Source: a bacterium
GTDB taxonomy: Bacteria > Zhuqueibacterota > Zhuqueibacteria > Oceanimicrobiales > Oceanimicrobiaceae
Assembly (NCBI GenBank): GCA_046758365.1
Contig: JBHIAC010000027.1
Span: 1-26,771, forward strand
DNA length: 26,771 nt
Reading direction: 5' to 3'
Positions 1-8,577 of the stretch are shown here, piece after piece. The notes under the pieces were generated by a model. That model was not told the origin of the DNA. It saw only the letters and a list, made by a program, of their open reading frames with translations, and did no database searches. The first letter of the stretch is position 1, and each line of letters starts with the position of its first letter. The position numbers and the translations under genes are program-made.

Positions 1-670
1 CTACCCCCGGCCGTCACACTACTCGGTACCCCACTCAACGTAAATGAACCCAGTGAACCAGGATCCATTGTAATCGAACCCGTGGTCTTGCTAACCCCAT
101 CCGCACTACCCTGCAACACCGTGGATACCGCATTCACCAATACCTGACTCGCACTCCCACTCCCATTGCTCACCGTAATATTACTTAAACTGGGTGCAGT
201 GCCATTAGGCGAATCCCCACCCCCTGAAAAGACACTCACCACCACCGTCCCTGACCACGCATTGCTAGAACCATCCACCGCCCCACTGACACTTAAAGAA
301 AATCCTACCCCGGCCGTCTGCGTCGCCCCAGCACTCAATGTGAAATCCGATAACGACCCCACTCCAACCTCTATCGTACCACTCGTCGCACTCACCGAAC
401 CATCCGTCACCGTAATCGTCTGACCCCCGGCCGTCTGTAAAGTAAATCCGGTACCTGAAAATGTGTGAGTCCCATTGTCCCCTCCCGTAAACTGATAATC
501 CGCTGGTAAAGTCGCACTCCCATCACTACTCGACCAACTCACCGTCCCCGTATAGTTCGTCTTCGTATTACCATAGATGTCCTTCGCCGTTACCGTCACA
601 TCATTACTCCCAAAACTACCCCCGGCCGTCACACTACTCGGTACCCCACTCAACGTAAATGAACCCAGTG
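1..670. repeat. Intragenic direct repeat: 1-55 is identical to 616-670 (period 615 bp = 205 aa)
   Basis: ctacccccggccgtcacactactcggtaccccactcaacgtaaatgaacccagtg occurs at both positions and encodes LGSFTLSGVPSSVTAGG in the same frame. Confidence 0.95.
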
Positions 671-1166
671 CCCCCGGGATAATTGTAAAAGTGGATGAGG
701 TTGTTGGTCCACTTATCGGTGTGTCATCAGCTTTAGTTGTTCTAATATTAACTGTATATGATGAACCAGCATTTTGATTATTCGTTACATTAGCAACACT
801 AATAGAAACTGGAGTATCTGCTCCTTTTATGTTATTCCCAGTTCCATCTCTTACAAGAGTTATTGTGCTTCCACTTCCATTAACTGTTGAGAAATCACCT
901 GTCAGATTTGAATTATCAGAAGAAGCCAAAGCAACAGTGCTTAGATCAAATCCGGATTGCTCAAAATTAATTATTATTTTACCATCAGGTGGTAGGCTGT
1001 CTGATGCAGGAATCGTAAATTGAAATCGGTAAATAGAAATTGCTCCTGCTTCAGTACTGTTTACCGGAGTAACTGTTACAGGAGCCAAACTTCCTTGACC
1101 AAAAGAGAAAGGTGCCAATAAAAAAACTTGTGCAAATAAAAATAAAAAACTGGACTTAAACTTCAT
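1..1166 (-). CDS. Large secreted Ig-like repeat surface protein/adhesin, 5' portion (runs off the left window edge; absent from the ORF track)
   Basis: Manual translation from ATG at 1166 is open for 388 codons to the edge: MKFKSSFLFLFAQVFLLAPFSFG (signal peptide)...AISIYRFQFTIPASDSLPPDGKIII...PGALGSFTLSGVPSSVTAGGSFGSNDVTVTAKDIYGNTKTNYTGTV... It is Ser/Thr/Gly/Val-rich beta-strand sequence with an invasin/Big-like TVTAKDxYGN motif and an internal repeat. Confidence 0.85.
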   Translation of the reverse strand, partial: MKFKSSFLFLFAQVFLLAPFSFGQGSLAPVTVTPVNSTEAGAISIYRFQFTIPASDSLPPDGKIIINFEQSGFDLSTVALASSDNSNLTGDFSTVNGSGSTITLVRDGTGNNIKGADTPVSISVANVTNNQNAGSSYTVNIRTTKADDTPISGPTTSSTFTIIPGALGSFTLSGVPSSVTAGGSFGSNDVTVTAKDIYGNTKTNYTGTVSWSSSDGSATLPADYQFTGGDNGTHTFSGTGFTLQTAGGQTITVTDGSVSATSGTIEVGVGSLSDFTLSAGATQTAGVGFSLSVSGAVDGSSNAWSGTVVVSVFSGGGDSPNGTAPSLSNITVSNGSGSASQVLVNAVSTVLQGSADGVSKTTGSITMDPGSLGSFTLSGVPSSVTAGG

Positions 1167-1199
1167 ACTCCATCCATGTTATTAGTTATGTGGTAAACA

Positions 1200-1676
1200 T
1201 TATCGTGAAAGATTAGAAGCCTTTCCTTTTAGAGCAACCTTTACTTCTTCCGTCCTTTGAATTTGTTGGTTTGATTTATTTTGAAATTCAACTTTGAGTG
1301 AAAATTGTTTATTGACCACTGAGGGGTTTTTAACGTTTGCGAATTTTACTTCTACCCTTTCCTTAGGCATTATGCTCCTCCCCAATCCAGTCCTCCTCAA
1401 TATAACTTTATTCCCTTGCACTGAAACTTTAAAGCCACCATTAATGCTTGTAGACCCGGCCATTATAACTTTTGAAAGGTCAAAATCTGCTGGGAAAATA
1501 ATAGCAATCTTACCGTCGGGATATAGCGTATCAGAAGTCACAAAACTTATTTGATAAATAGAAATAGCCTCTGCTACGGGATTCAAAGGATTGACTTTTA
1601 CAGAATCTTGGGGAGCGGCAAAAACTAAAGTATTACTGAACAACAATAGAATTAAAAGATTAATAAAATTCTTCAT
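1200..1676 (-). CDS. Small secreted beta-rich protein, paralogous to the N-terminal domain of the downstream giant protein
   Basis: Likely start is the ATG at 1676 (GGAG about 7 nt upstream) rather than 1733. Signal peptide MKNFINLLILLLFSNTLVFA; shares AISIY, PDGKI, FDLS and ANV motifs with the next gene. Confidence 0.8.
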   Translation of the reverse strand: MKNFINLLILLLFSNTLVFAAPQDSVKVNPLNPVAEAISIYQISFVTSDTLYPDGKIAIIFPADFDLSKVIMAGSTSINGGFKVSVQGNKVILRRTGLGRSIMPKERVEVKFANVKNPSVVNKQFSLKVEFQNKSNQQIQRTEEVKVALKGKASNLSR

Positions 1677-1768
1677 CCAAACAACTCCTGTTTCATTCAT
1701 GTTCCATTGTTTCATTTTGACACAATAGTACATTTAAATACTTTATAGAGAAAATGTTATAAACTTTA

Positions 1769-1784
1769 TGCAAACATTATACCA
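1769..1784 (-). promoter_or_regulatory. Putative sigma54 (-24/-12) promoter; alternatively an extended -10 element
   Basis: Minus strand reads TGGTATA-ATGT-TTGCA, matching TGGCACG-N4-TTGCW spacing. The same bases also contain TGnTATAAT; there is no -35 hexamer at 17 bp. Confidence 0.55.
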
Positions 1785-1958
1785 GACAATCTATTAAATT
1801 TTTTATTATTTTTTTAATGTAATTATTTTGTTTTGTAAATGCAATAGTCAAATACTTGAGGACTAATACAACATAATAATTTAATACTGAAGAAGGTAAT
1901 ATTTCGGTGAGTTAACCAAATATCTCTACTTGTCTTCGGACTTTGGAATATTCCCTTA

Positions 1959-3083
1959 TTATTTTAGGATTGCACGCAGAAGAATCAGAAAGCCTTTTCC
2001 ATCATTTTCTGCCAATTTTAGATTTTTTTCTGCCTTTTTATAATTAGGATTAATATTTAACGCGGATCGAAATTCGTCCAAAGATTTTAAAAATAAATTC
2101 CTACATTGGATTAAATAAGCTATGCCTAAGTTATTTCTTAAATCAGCGTAATGGGGAAATTCCTCTATTATTTTATGCAAATTTTGTACATAATCAGATA
2201 TAAAGCTATCGTCTTTACCTTTACCCCCATACATAAATTTCAGATAGAATTCATTTTCAAAATCCAAGAAATTCGCTAACATATCTCCGGGCTTACCTTT
2301 TTTATACTCATCAACGGCTTCTTGAAAAGCTTCCTGGGAGACTAATTCTATCAATTTATAAAAATTAGGAATATGGTCATTCAAATTCATTTCTGCTGCT
2401 TGATTGAGATGTTCCGCCGCGTTTTTACGATTAACCTCAATTGAAGGGTCATGTTCATCGCTTTGATTTAAAGAATCAATCAGAAAAGCAATTCCAAGAT
2501 GGTAATGGGCCTCCACATAATTTGGGTTTAGTTTTAATGCTTCATTAAGATGAAAGATGGCCTCCTTAATATTATCCTTTTGTAAATAAGCAATGCCTAA
2601 ATAATTTTGAATGTCTGCGAATTCAGGAGCTTTGACTAAACCTTTTTCAAGTACTTCTATGGCCTCATCGTAACAGTCAGATATGATGAAAGCTTTACCC
2701 AGATTGGCGAAAACTTCTGAAAATTCAGGATCGATCTCCAAGGCCAACTTAAATTGCTCCAAAGCCTCTTTGATTAAATTCTTCTTTAAAAATAGAAGTC
2801 CCAGTTTATTGGCGGAAGGGGCATGCCTTACTGTCTTTACTTTTGCGGCCATATAATAGAGAATTTCCATATCTGTTATTACCGATTGATGAATCTCATT
2901 CAATCGATTACTTATTTCTTCAGATGATAAATCACCCTCAATGGAAATTTCTCTTGAATCTATCACCTGTCCTTCGTTAAAAACATTGGCGATAACCTTT
3001 TCTTTTGAGCTAGAATAGTTGGTTTGGACATGAAATTTCCGCCCTCCAACCATAATGTCATTGTTAAGCCCTAAATTCTCCAT
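1959..3083 (-). CDS. Cytoplasmic tetratricopeptide repeat protein
   Basis: 374 aa; TPR-type helices (ANLGKAF, NYLGIAYL, ALKLNPNYVEAHYHLGIAF, NNLGIAYL, ALNINPNYKKA); no signal peptide; AAGGA RBS. Confidence 0.9.
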   Translation of the reverse strand: MENLGLNNDIMVGGRKFHVQTNYSSSKEKVIANVFNEGQVIDSREISIEGDLSSEEISNRLNEIHQSVITDMEILYYMAAKVKTVRHAPSANKLGLLFLKKNLIKEALEQFKLALEIDPEFSEVFANLGKAFIISDCYDEAIEVLEKGLVKAPEFADIQNYLGIAYLQKDNIKEAIFHLNEALKLNPNYVEAHYHLGIAFLIDSLNQSDEHDPSIEVNRKNAAEHLNQAAEMNLNDHIPNFYKLIELVSQEAFQEAVDEYKKGKPGDMLANFLDFENEFYLKFMYGGKGKDDSFISDYVQNLHKIIEEFPHYADLRNNLGIAYLIQCRNLFLKSLDEFRSALNINPNYKKAEKNLKLAENDGKGFLILLRAILK

Positions 3084-3513
3084 AATCCTTCACTATATTA
3101 GTTTAAACTTAAGATAAAAAGTGTTAATAATTAAAGAGAAAAATAAATTTTGTATTTAAAAACTGAGTTTATTACATGATGTGCCTTTAAGTTTTTTATT
3201 CTTAGTGTATTAGAGCCTTTGTGGCAAAATTTTAGGAATAATCCAGGTTAAATAATTTGAAGAATATAAAATATTATTTTTTTTACTTTCTTTTAACGTT
3301 ATCTTTTTATATCTACTATTTTTGTCTTTGCAGAAAAATTCTTATTTAATTATCAAAACGGCATTTTTCATTCATCCTGACAATTTTCTAGCTTTCATTC
3401 TTTTATCGGTTAACTCTTGAAATTTCTTTAAATTCCGTTTCCTATATAACCCACGGGATCAACATGAAACTAAATAAGTTCAAATTTTTTTGATGAATTG
3501 TTCCAGATTTAAG

Positions 3514-5166
3514 TTACCGTTTTGAAAACCTCTTTGCTCCTGCATTGATAACCTCTCGAGGGCATCCACTGGCGAAGAGTTTAAAGTTTTCGATAAACCG
3601 TGCTGCTAAAGCATCATATTTTTTCCAGTACTCATTCTTATTACCCCAGGAACTGGAGGGCTCAAGGACATCTTCTGGCACATCGGGGCAAGTACGAGGA
3701 ACTTTAAAGCCAAAGAGCTTATCCTTGCGGTATTCGATATTGTTCAGCTTGCCCTCCAGAACGGCATTGAGGAGATTGCGGGTATGGCGAATACTGATGC
3801 GTTTGCCGATTCCGAAACGTCCTCCAACCCAGCCAGTGTTGACCAGCCAGCATTGGGCTCCGTGTTTGAGCATTCTTTGTTTGAGCATTTCGGCGTATTC
3901 GAAAGGATGCCGTACCATGAACGGAGCACCAAAACACGCACTGAAGGTGATTTCCGGTTCAATGCCAAGTTCGATCTCGGTTCCTGCTATCTTGGAGGTG
4001 TAACCGCTGATAAAATGATACTGAGCCTGTTCTGGAGTGAGTCGAGCTATAGGGGGCATAACACCAGATGCATCACACGTTAGGAAAATTATGTTCTTGG
4101 GGTGAGAATGCACCATTTTCTCGGGCACGACATTAGGGATATACTCCAGCGGATAAGAAGCACGGGTGTTTTCCGTGATGATGTTATCGTCAAGGTCAAT
4201 CCTGCGGGTAACCAGATCATATACGACATTCTCAAGAATGGTGCCAAATCGCCTTGTGCATGAATAGATCTGCGGTTCATGTTCAGCGGAGAGGCGGATG
4301 ACCTTGGCATAGCAACCGCCTTCAATGTTAAATACCCCACTCGAACTCCAGCCATGCTCGTCATCACCGATCAATCTTCTTTTAGGATCCGCAGACAGAG
4401 TGGTTTTACCGGTACCACTTAGTCCAAAGAAAAGAGCTACGTCTCCGGCATCACCCACGTTGGCGGAACAATGCATGGGGAGTACATCCTCGAACGTCAA
4501 AAGGAAGTTCAACAAAGTGAAGACGGTTTTTTTGATCTCTCCACCGTAAAGAGAATTCGCGATGATGGCCAATCGTTCGGCGAAATTAAGTATTATTGCG
4601 GTATCAGTTCGTGTGCCGTCTATTTTGGGGTCAACCTTGAAGCCGGGTACGGCAATTATCGTGAACTCGGGAACAAAATGTTTGAGCTCATCCTGATCAT
4701 ATGTGGTAATAAACATATTGCGTGCAAACAAACTGTGCCACGCTTTTTCCGTAATAATACGTACGCGCAGGCGATATTCTGGTTCGGCCCCAGCATAGCA
4801 ATCCTGAATAAAAAATTCTTCGTCCTGGGCAAATGCCTGCACACGCGCCAAAAGTGAATTGAATTTCTCAACACTAAAGGGCCGATTGTACTCACCCCAC
4901 CAAATTTTGCTTTCGGTTGTTTCTTCTTGAACAATGAATTTGTCCGCGGCTGCTCGTGCCGTATGTTTTCCAGTGTTTACCAACACAGGCCCCGCATGAA
5001 CGATATGTCCTTCATTGCGGAATATGATTTCCTCATAAAGCGCAGAGGTTGGTAGATTCCAAAAGGCCCTCTCCAGATGAACTAGGCCGTGATTTTCCAG
5101 GCCGTAGTCTGAAGCTAACTCCAGAGCCTGTTTAGTGGCTGGTGTATCGAATTCAAGATATTTCAT
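3514..5166 (-). CDS. pckA: Phosphoenolpyruvate carboxykinase (ATP)
   Basis: Motifs YGGEIKK, PMHCSAN, FFGLSGTGKTTLS (P-loop), LIGDDEHGW, EGGCYAK, FSACFGAPF, WLVNTGW. ATG at 5166 overlaps the upstream TGA (ATGA). Confidence 0.97.
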   Translation of the reverse strand: MKYLEFDTPATKQALELASDYGLENHGLVHLERAFWNLPTSALYEEIIFRNEGHIVHAGPVLVNTGKHTARAAADKFIVQEETTESKIWWGEYNRPFSVEKFNSLLARVQAFAQDEEFFIQDCYAGAEPEYRLRVRIITEKAWHSLFARNMFITTYDQDELKHFVPEFTIIAVPGFKVDPKIDGTRTDTAIILNFAERLAIIANSLYGGEIKKTVFTLLNFLLTFEDVLPMHCSANVGDAGDVALFFGLSGTGKTTLSADPKRRLIGDDEHGWSSSGVFNIEGGCYAKVIRLSAEHEPQIYSCTRRFGTILENVVYDLVTRRIDLDDNIITENTRASYPLEYIPNVVPEKMVHSHPKNIIFLTCDASGVMPPIARLTPEQAQYHFISGYTSKIAGTEIELGIEPEITFSACFGAPFMVRHPFEYAEMLKQRMLKHGAQCWLVNTGWVGGRFGIGKRISIRHTRNLLNAVLEGKLNNIEYRKDKLFGFKVPRTCPDVPEDVLEPSSSWGNKNEYWKKYDALAARFIENFKLFASGCPREVINAGAKRFSKR

Positions 5167-6380
5167 GTCCAATCCCTCACTAACTTACGATCACCGATAT
5201 AAATTTCGTTGGGAGAATTCAGGTCCAGTGCCCATTTCATGCGCTCGATACCTTCGGTAATGTCTTTTACCGAGCCGCAAAAACTAAGTCGCAGAAAACC
5301 TTCCATACCAAACTCCACTCCTGGTACAGTCACAACCATAACTTTATTAAGCAAAAAATTGGAAAGTTTGTTTGAGTCTTTTCCGTAGACGCTAAAATCC
5401 GCAAAACAATAGAAGGTACCATCGGGCTTTGTGACCTTTATTCCGTCAAAGGAATTCAGATAATCTATCATAACATTACGATTATTCTCCAAGGTTATCC
5501 GAAGACTCTCCACACAGGATTGTACTCCCATAATGGCTCCAACTGCAGATTTTTGCAGCAATGCAGAAGGTCCTGAAGTTTGATGCCCTTGAATATTGGT
5601 CATCACCTCTATGAGTCTTTTATTAGCCACTGCCCAACCAATTCTGAAACCGGTCATCGCATACTGCTTGGAGACTCCATTGACTAAGATTAGCTTTGAG
5701 TTCTCTGACAAATCTTTGGCATAATCATAGCAATTAATTGGTTTACGATTATCAAAGATCAGCCGATGGTAAATGTCATCCATGATGAGATATAAATCAC
5801 GTCTCTCACAGAAGTCCACAATATCAGCTATGAACCCTTCTGAATACATCGCCCCTGTAGGATTATTGGGGCTATTAATAATAACTGCTTTCGTGTAAGA
5901 TCCAACCTTTTCTTCGATATCCTGGATTCTGGGATGGAATGTGCCATCTTCAGGAACAACTGGCACCGGAATGGCCTGACACAACTTTACCATCTCCGGG
6001 TAGCTCACCCAGTACGGTGAAGGAAAGACGACTTCCTCCTGAGGATTTAGAATAGCCTGTAAAGCCACCATGACCGCCTGCTTGGTACCTCCTGAAGCCA
6101 TGACATTCTCTGGTTCCACCAAACGGTTATAATGCTCCTCCGTATACCGAATGATGGCCTTCTTCAATGCGGGAATGCCATCAGGGGGCGTGTATCTGAT
6201 TTCGCCGCTGTTGAGATGCCCCGCCGCAGCGATGAGGGCGTCAATAGGAGCCTTGCTCTTGGGTTCACCAGCACCCAGATGAATAACGGGATCTCCTTTT
6301 TCACGAAGGATTGCCGCCTTCTCATTAAGCTTAAGGGTTGCTGACGTCTTGATTGTTCTGGCAATTTGGCCAATACTCAT
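5163..6380 (-). CDS. aspC: PLP-dependent class I aminotransferase (aspartate aminotransferase-like)
   Basis: YTPPDGIPALK, PYWVSYPEM, INSPNNPTG, DDIY and SKQYAMTGFRIGW (PLP lysine). Substrate is inferred from family. Confidence 0.88.
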   Translation of the reverse strand: MSIGQIARTIKTSATLKLNEKAAILREKGDPVIHLGAGEPKSKAPIDALIAAAGHLNSGEIRYTPPDGIPALKKAIIRYTEEHYNRLVEPENVMASGGTKQAVMVALQAILNPQEEVVFPSPYWVSYPEMVKLCQAIPVPVVPEDGTFHPRIQDIEEKVGSYTKAVIINSPNNPTGAMYSEGFIADIVDFCERRDLYLIMDDIYHRLIFDNRKPINCYDYAKDLSENSKLILVNGVSKQYAMTGFRIGWAVANKRLIEVMTNIQGHQTSGPSALLQKSAVGAIMGVQSCVESLRITLENNRNVMIDYLNSFDGIKVTKPDGTFYCFADFSVYGKDSNKLSNFLLNKVMVVTVPGVEFGMEGFLRLSFCGSVKDITEGIERMKWALDLNSPNEIYIGDRKLVRDWT

Positions 6381-6393
6381 TTCTCATCCTTAA

Positions 6394-6930
6394 TTATTTA
6401 ATTATCTTATTGACAACATCAAATTCCGTCTCTCCAGCGCTTTGGTTAAATTTCTCTTTTAATTGGCGATGAACCTCTTCTGGTACAAAAGAGCTTACAT
6501 CACCATTAAACTGTGCCAATTCTTTAACGATTGTTGAATTTAGATATGTGTATTTTTCATTAGGCATCAAGAATACTGTTACGATATTTTCGGCTAACTT
6601 TCGATTTACAAGTGCCATTTGAAATTCATACTCAAAATCAGTAATGGCTCTTAAGCCTCTGACAATCACATCAGCGTCCTTCTTTTTAGCATAATCCATC
6701 AACAATCCGTTAAAATTTTCAACCGATACATTGGTCAGGAATGAAGTAACTTTACGAATCATGCTTAGACGTTCTTCAACAGAAAATAGTGGAGCCTTAG
6801 CTGGATTTGTTGTCACAGCCACTATAACCGAATCAAATAAGTTCACGGCTCGTTGGATGATATCCAGATGTCCATTAGTTATGGGGTCAAAGGTTCCTGG
6901 ATATATGGCTAATTTATTCTCTTTCATCAT
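6394..6930 (-). CDS. coaD: Pantetheine-phosphate adenylyltransferase
   Basis: AIYPGTFDPITNGHLDII, IVRGLRAITDFEYEFQMA, STIVKELA. Confidence 0.97.
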   Translation of the reverse strand: MMKENKLAIYPGTFDPITNGHLDIIQRAVNLFDSVIVAVTTNPAKAPLFSVEERLSMIRKVTSFLTNVSVENFNGLLMDYAKKKDADVIVRGLRAITDFEYEFQMALVNRKLAENIVTVFLMPNEKYTYLNSTIVKELAQFNGDVSSFVPEEVHRQLKEKFNQSAGETEFDVVNKIIK

Positions 6931-7477
6931 ATTGATAAAATGATACTGTCGTGTCGCCTAACCGCTTTCGAGTTTTCAAAGTCAGTCTATCAGTCGAATC
7001 TCGCAGTTCATCTTTAATACTACTCTCGACAATCAATATACCCCTTTTCTGAAGAATATTAAAGTTATTTACAGCTTTGATTGTCTCTAAAGCTAAATTT
7101 TTTATATAAGGGGGATCTGCAAAAATTACATCAAACTTCAAAGCTAAAGCAGCCAATTTTTTAATAGCGTTTTCGGCGGATTCCTTTAATACGACTGCTC
7201 TATCTGTAAATTCCGTTTTTTCTATGTTATTTTTAAGAATCCTTAGTACTTTTTGATGATTTTCAATAAAAATAGCCTTGGCCGCACCGCGGCTCAAGGC
7301 CTCGATTCCTAAACTGCCAGTACCAGCATAAATATCTAAAACAAAACTGTCTTTGATGAAATTATTTATTACATTAAAAATTAATTCTTTTGTTCTATCT
7401 GTAGTGGGTCTAATCCTGAGATTTTTAAATGTGATTAAACGCACACCTCTTTTTGTACCAGAAATAATTCTCATCAA
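6914..7477 (-). CDS. rsmD: 16S rRNA m2G966 methyltransferase
   Basis: MRIISG, RPTTDRTKELIFN, VLDIYAGTGSLGIEALSRGA, FADPPY; usual rsmD-coaD adjacency. Confidence 0.95.
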   Translation of the reverse strand: MMRIISGTKRGVRLITFKNLRIRPTTDRTKELIFNVINNFIKDSFVLDIYAGTGSLGIEALSRGAAKAIFIENHQKVLRILKNNIEKTEFTDRAVVLKESAENAIKKLAALALKFDVIFADPPYIKNLALETIKAVNNFNILQKRGILIVESSIKDELRDSTDRLTLKTRKRLGDTTVSFYQYDERE

Positions 7478-7494
7478 TGCGTTTTTATCACTAA

Positions 7495-8547
7495 TTACGA
7501 TGGCTGATAAAGATATAAATTCAAAACGAGAATCATGGTTTCATCACTAAAAGTAATCATATCAGGAGATACCAAAAGAATTTTTGTCAACTCCACATTT
7601 AAACTCTGTGAGGCAATTTCTTCCAAAAAACCAACCATTGAAGATTTACTTCCAAAAATTCTAATTAATAAAGGAATTTTTAGATACCCATCAACAAAAT
7701 TTCCTTGATTTGATTGGATTTGCCTAATCTGTAATCCATATTGCTGAGAGGTATTTTGGATCCAATTTTTCGTTTGCTCTAAATTCAAATACTCTACCCT
7801 ACCTACCGATGTTGCTCTACCATTACTAGCTATCGTCCCAGAAAGTAAAACTTTTTTCAATGATTGACCATTGCTTGCAACTTGGCTTTCAGATAAGACT
7901 GTAAAATGACCTGTTCCAAAACTCTGAGTTAGTAAATTTGTAAAATTTTGTGACTCTGACGCTGTAGAAGCTACAAGTTCTACTCTCATTCTTTGTCCAG
8001 TATACGATATTAAGGTTGTATTAAGATTTGAAGGTATCGTTGTCATTAATTCCGTCACCGCTTGAATCGCTGATCTTGAAGTAGATAAAATTCGGTTAGT
8101 CACAAGATCTAAGTTTTGATCAATTGTAGGTAAGGAGGATGGTAAGGTCTCAACTTCATGTTTTAGCTCCGGCTCTGGTTCTTCCTCAGTAATAGAAGCT
8201 TTTTTAGGTGGTTCAGAGGTTTCTGTAGGAACTGATTCAACGAACTCTTGTGTATCTCGAGTAAATGATTGCAAATCTACTTCGCTAGTCTTTTTGTCTT
8301 CTTTAAATAAGAATAAATAAACCGCACCCCCTAAAATAATTATAACCCCGAAAAGAATGAGAGTGGATACAAAGGAAGAATACCTTCTTTTGAGTCTATA
8401 CCCTGCTGTTTTTGTGGTGTCAAATGTTTCTGTTCTCTCATCGAATGTTAATTCCTGTGTATCCATACTGGAGGTGTGAGCAAAATCATCTACTCGCTCC
8501 TCATCATCACTCTCTTTGTCATCACCGATTAAATTAATATCAACCAT
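7495..8547 (-). CDS. Bitopic membrane protein, PilN-like N-terminus plus PilO-like C-terminal domain
   Basis: Starts MVDINLIG (cf. the PilN INLL motif that binds PilM); one TM helix (FVSTLILFGVIIILGGAVYLFLF); acidic/Pro linker; C-terminal IPLLIRIFGSKSSMVGFLEEIA resembles PilO; lies directly after pilM. Confidence 0.6.
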   Translation of the reverse strand: MVDINLIGDDKESDDEERVDDFAHTSSMDTQELTFDERTETFDTTKTAGYRLKRRYSSFVSTLILFGVIIILGGAVYLFLFKEDKKTSEVDLQSFTRDTQEFVESVPTETSEPPKKASITEEEPEPELKHEVETLPSSLPTIDQNLDLVTNRILSTSRSAIQAVTELMTTIPSNLNTTLISYTGQRMRVELVASTASESQNFTNLLTQSFGTGHFTVLSESQVASNGQSLKKVLLSGTIASNGRATSVGRVEYLNLEQTKNWIQNTSQQYGLQIRQIQSNQGNFVDGYLKIPLLIRIFGSKSSMVGFLEEIASQSLNVELTKILLVSPDMITFSDETMILVLNLYLYQPS

Positions 8548-8577
8548 TTTTCACTCCAAATTCATAAAAACAATAAT

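Noticed and set aside
1..670. Repeats considered as a CRISPR array or DGR template/variable pair
   Set aside because: They are in-frame coding repeats with a 615-bp period, identical rather than adenine-variable, with no cas or RT gene in the window.
166..1554. Plus-strand ORFs 166..423, 577..777, 829..1023 and 1294..1554
   Set aside because: Antisense shadows of the minus-strand adhesin and small secreted protein; no independent coding signals.
3545..6373. Many short overlapping ORFs within pckA and the aminotransferase
   Set aside because: Alternate-frame or antisense ORFs expected in GC-richer coding DNA; the host genes have clear conserved motifs.
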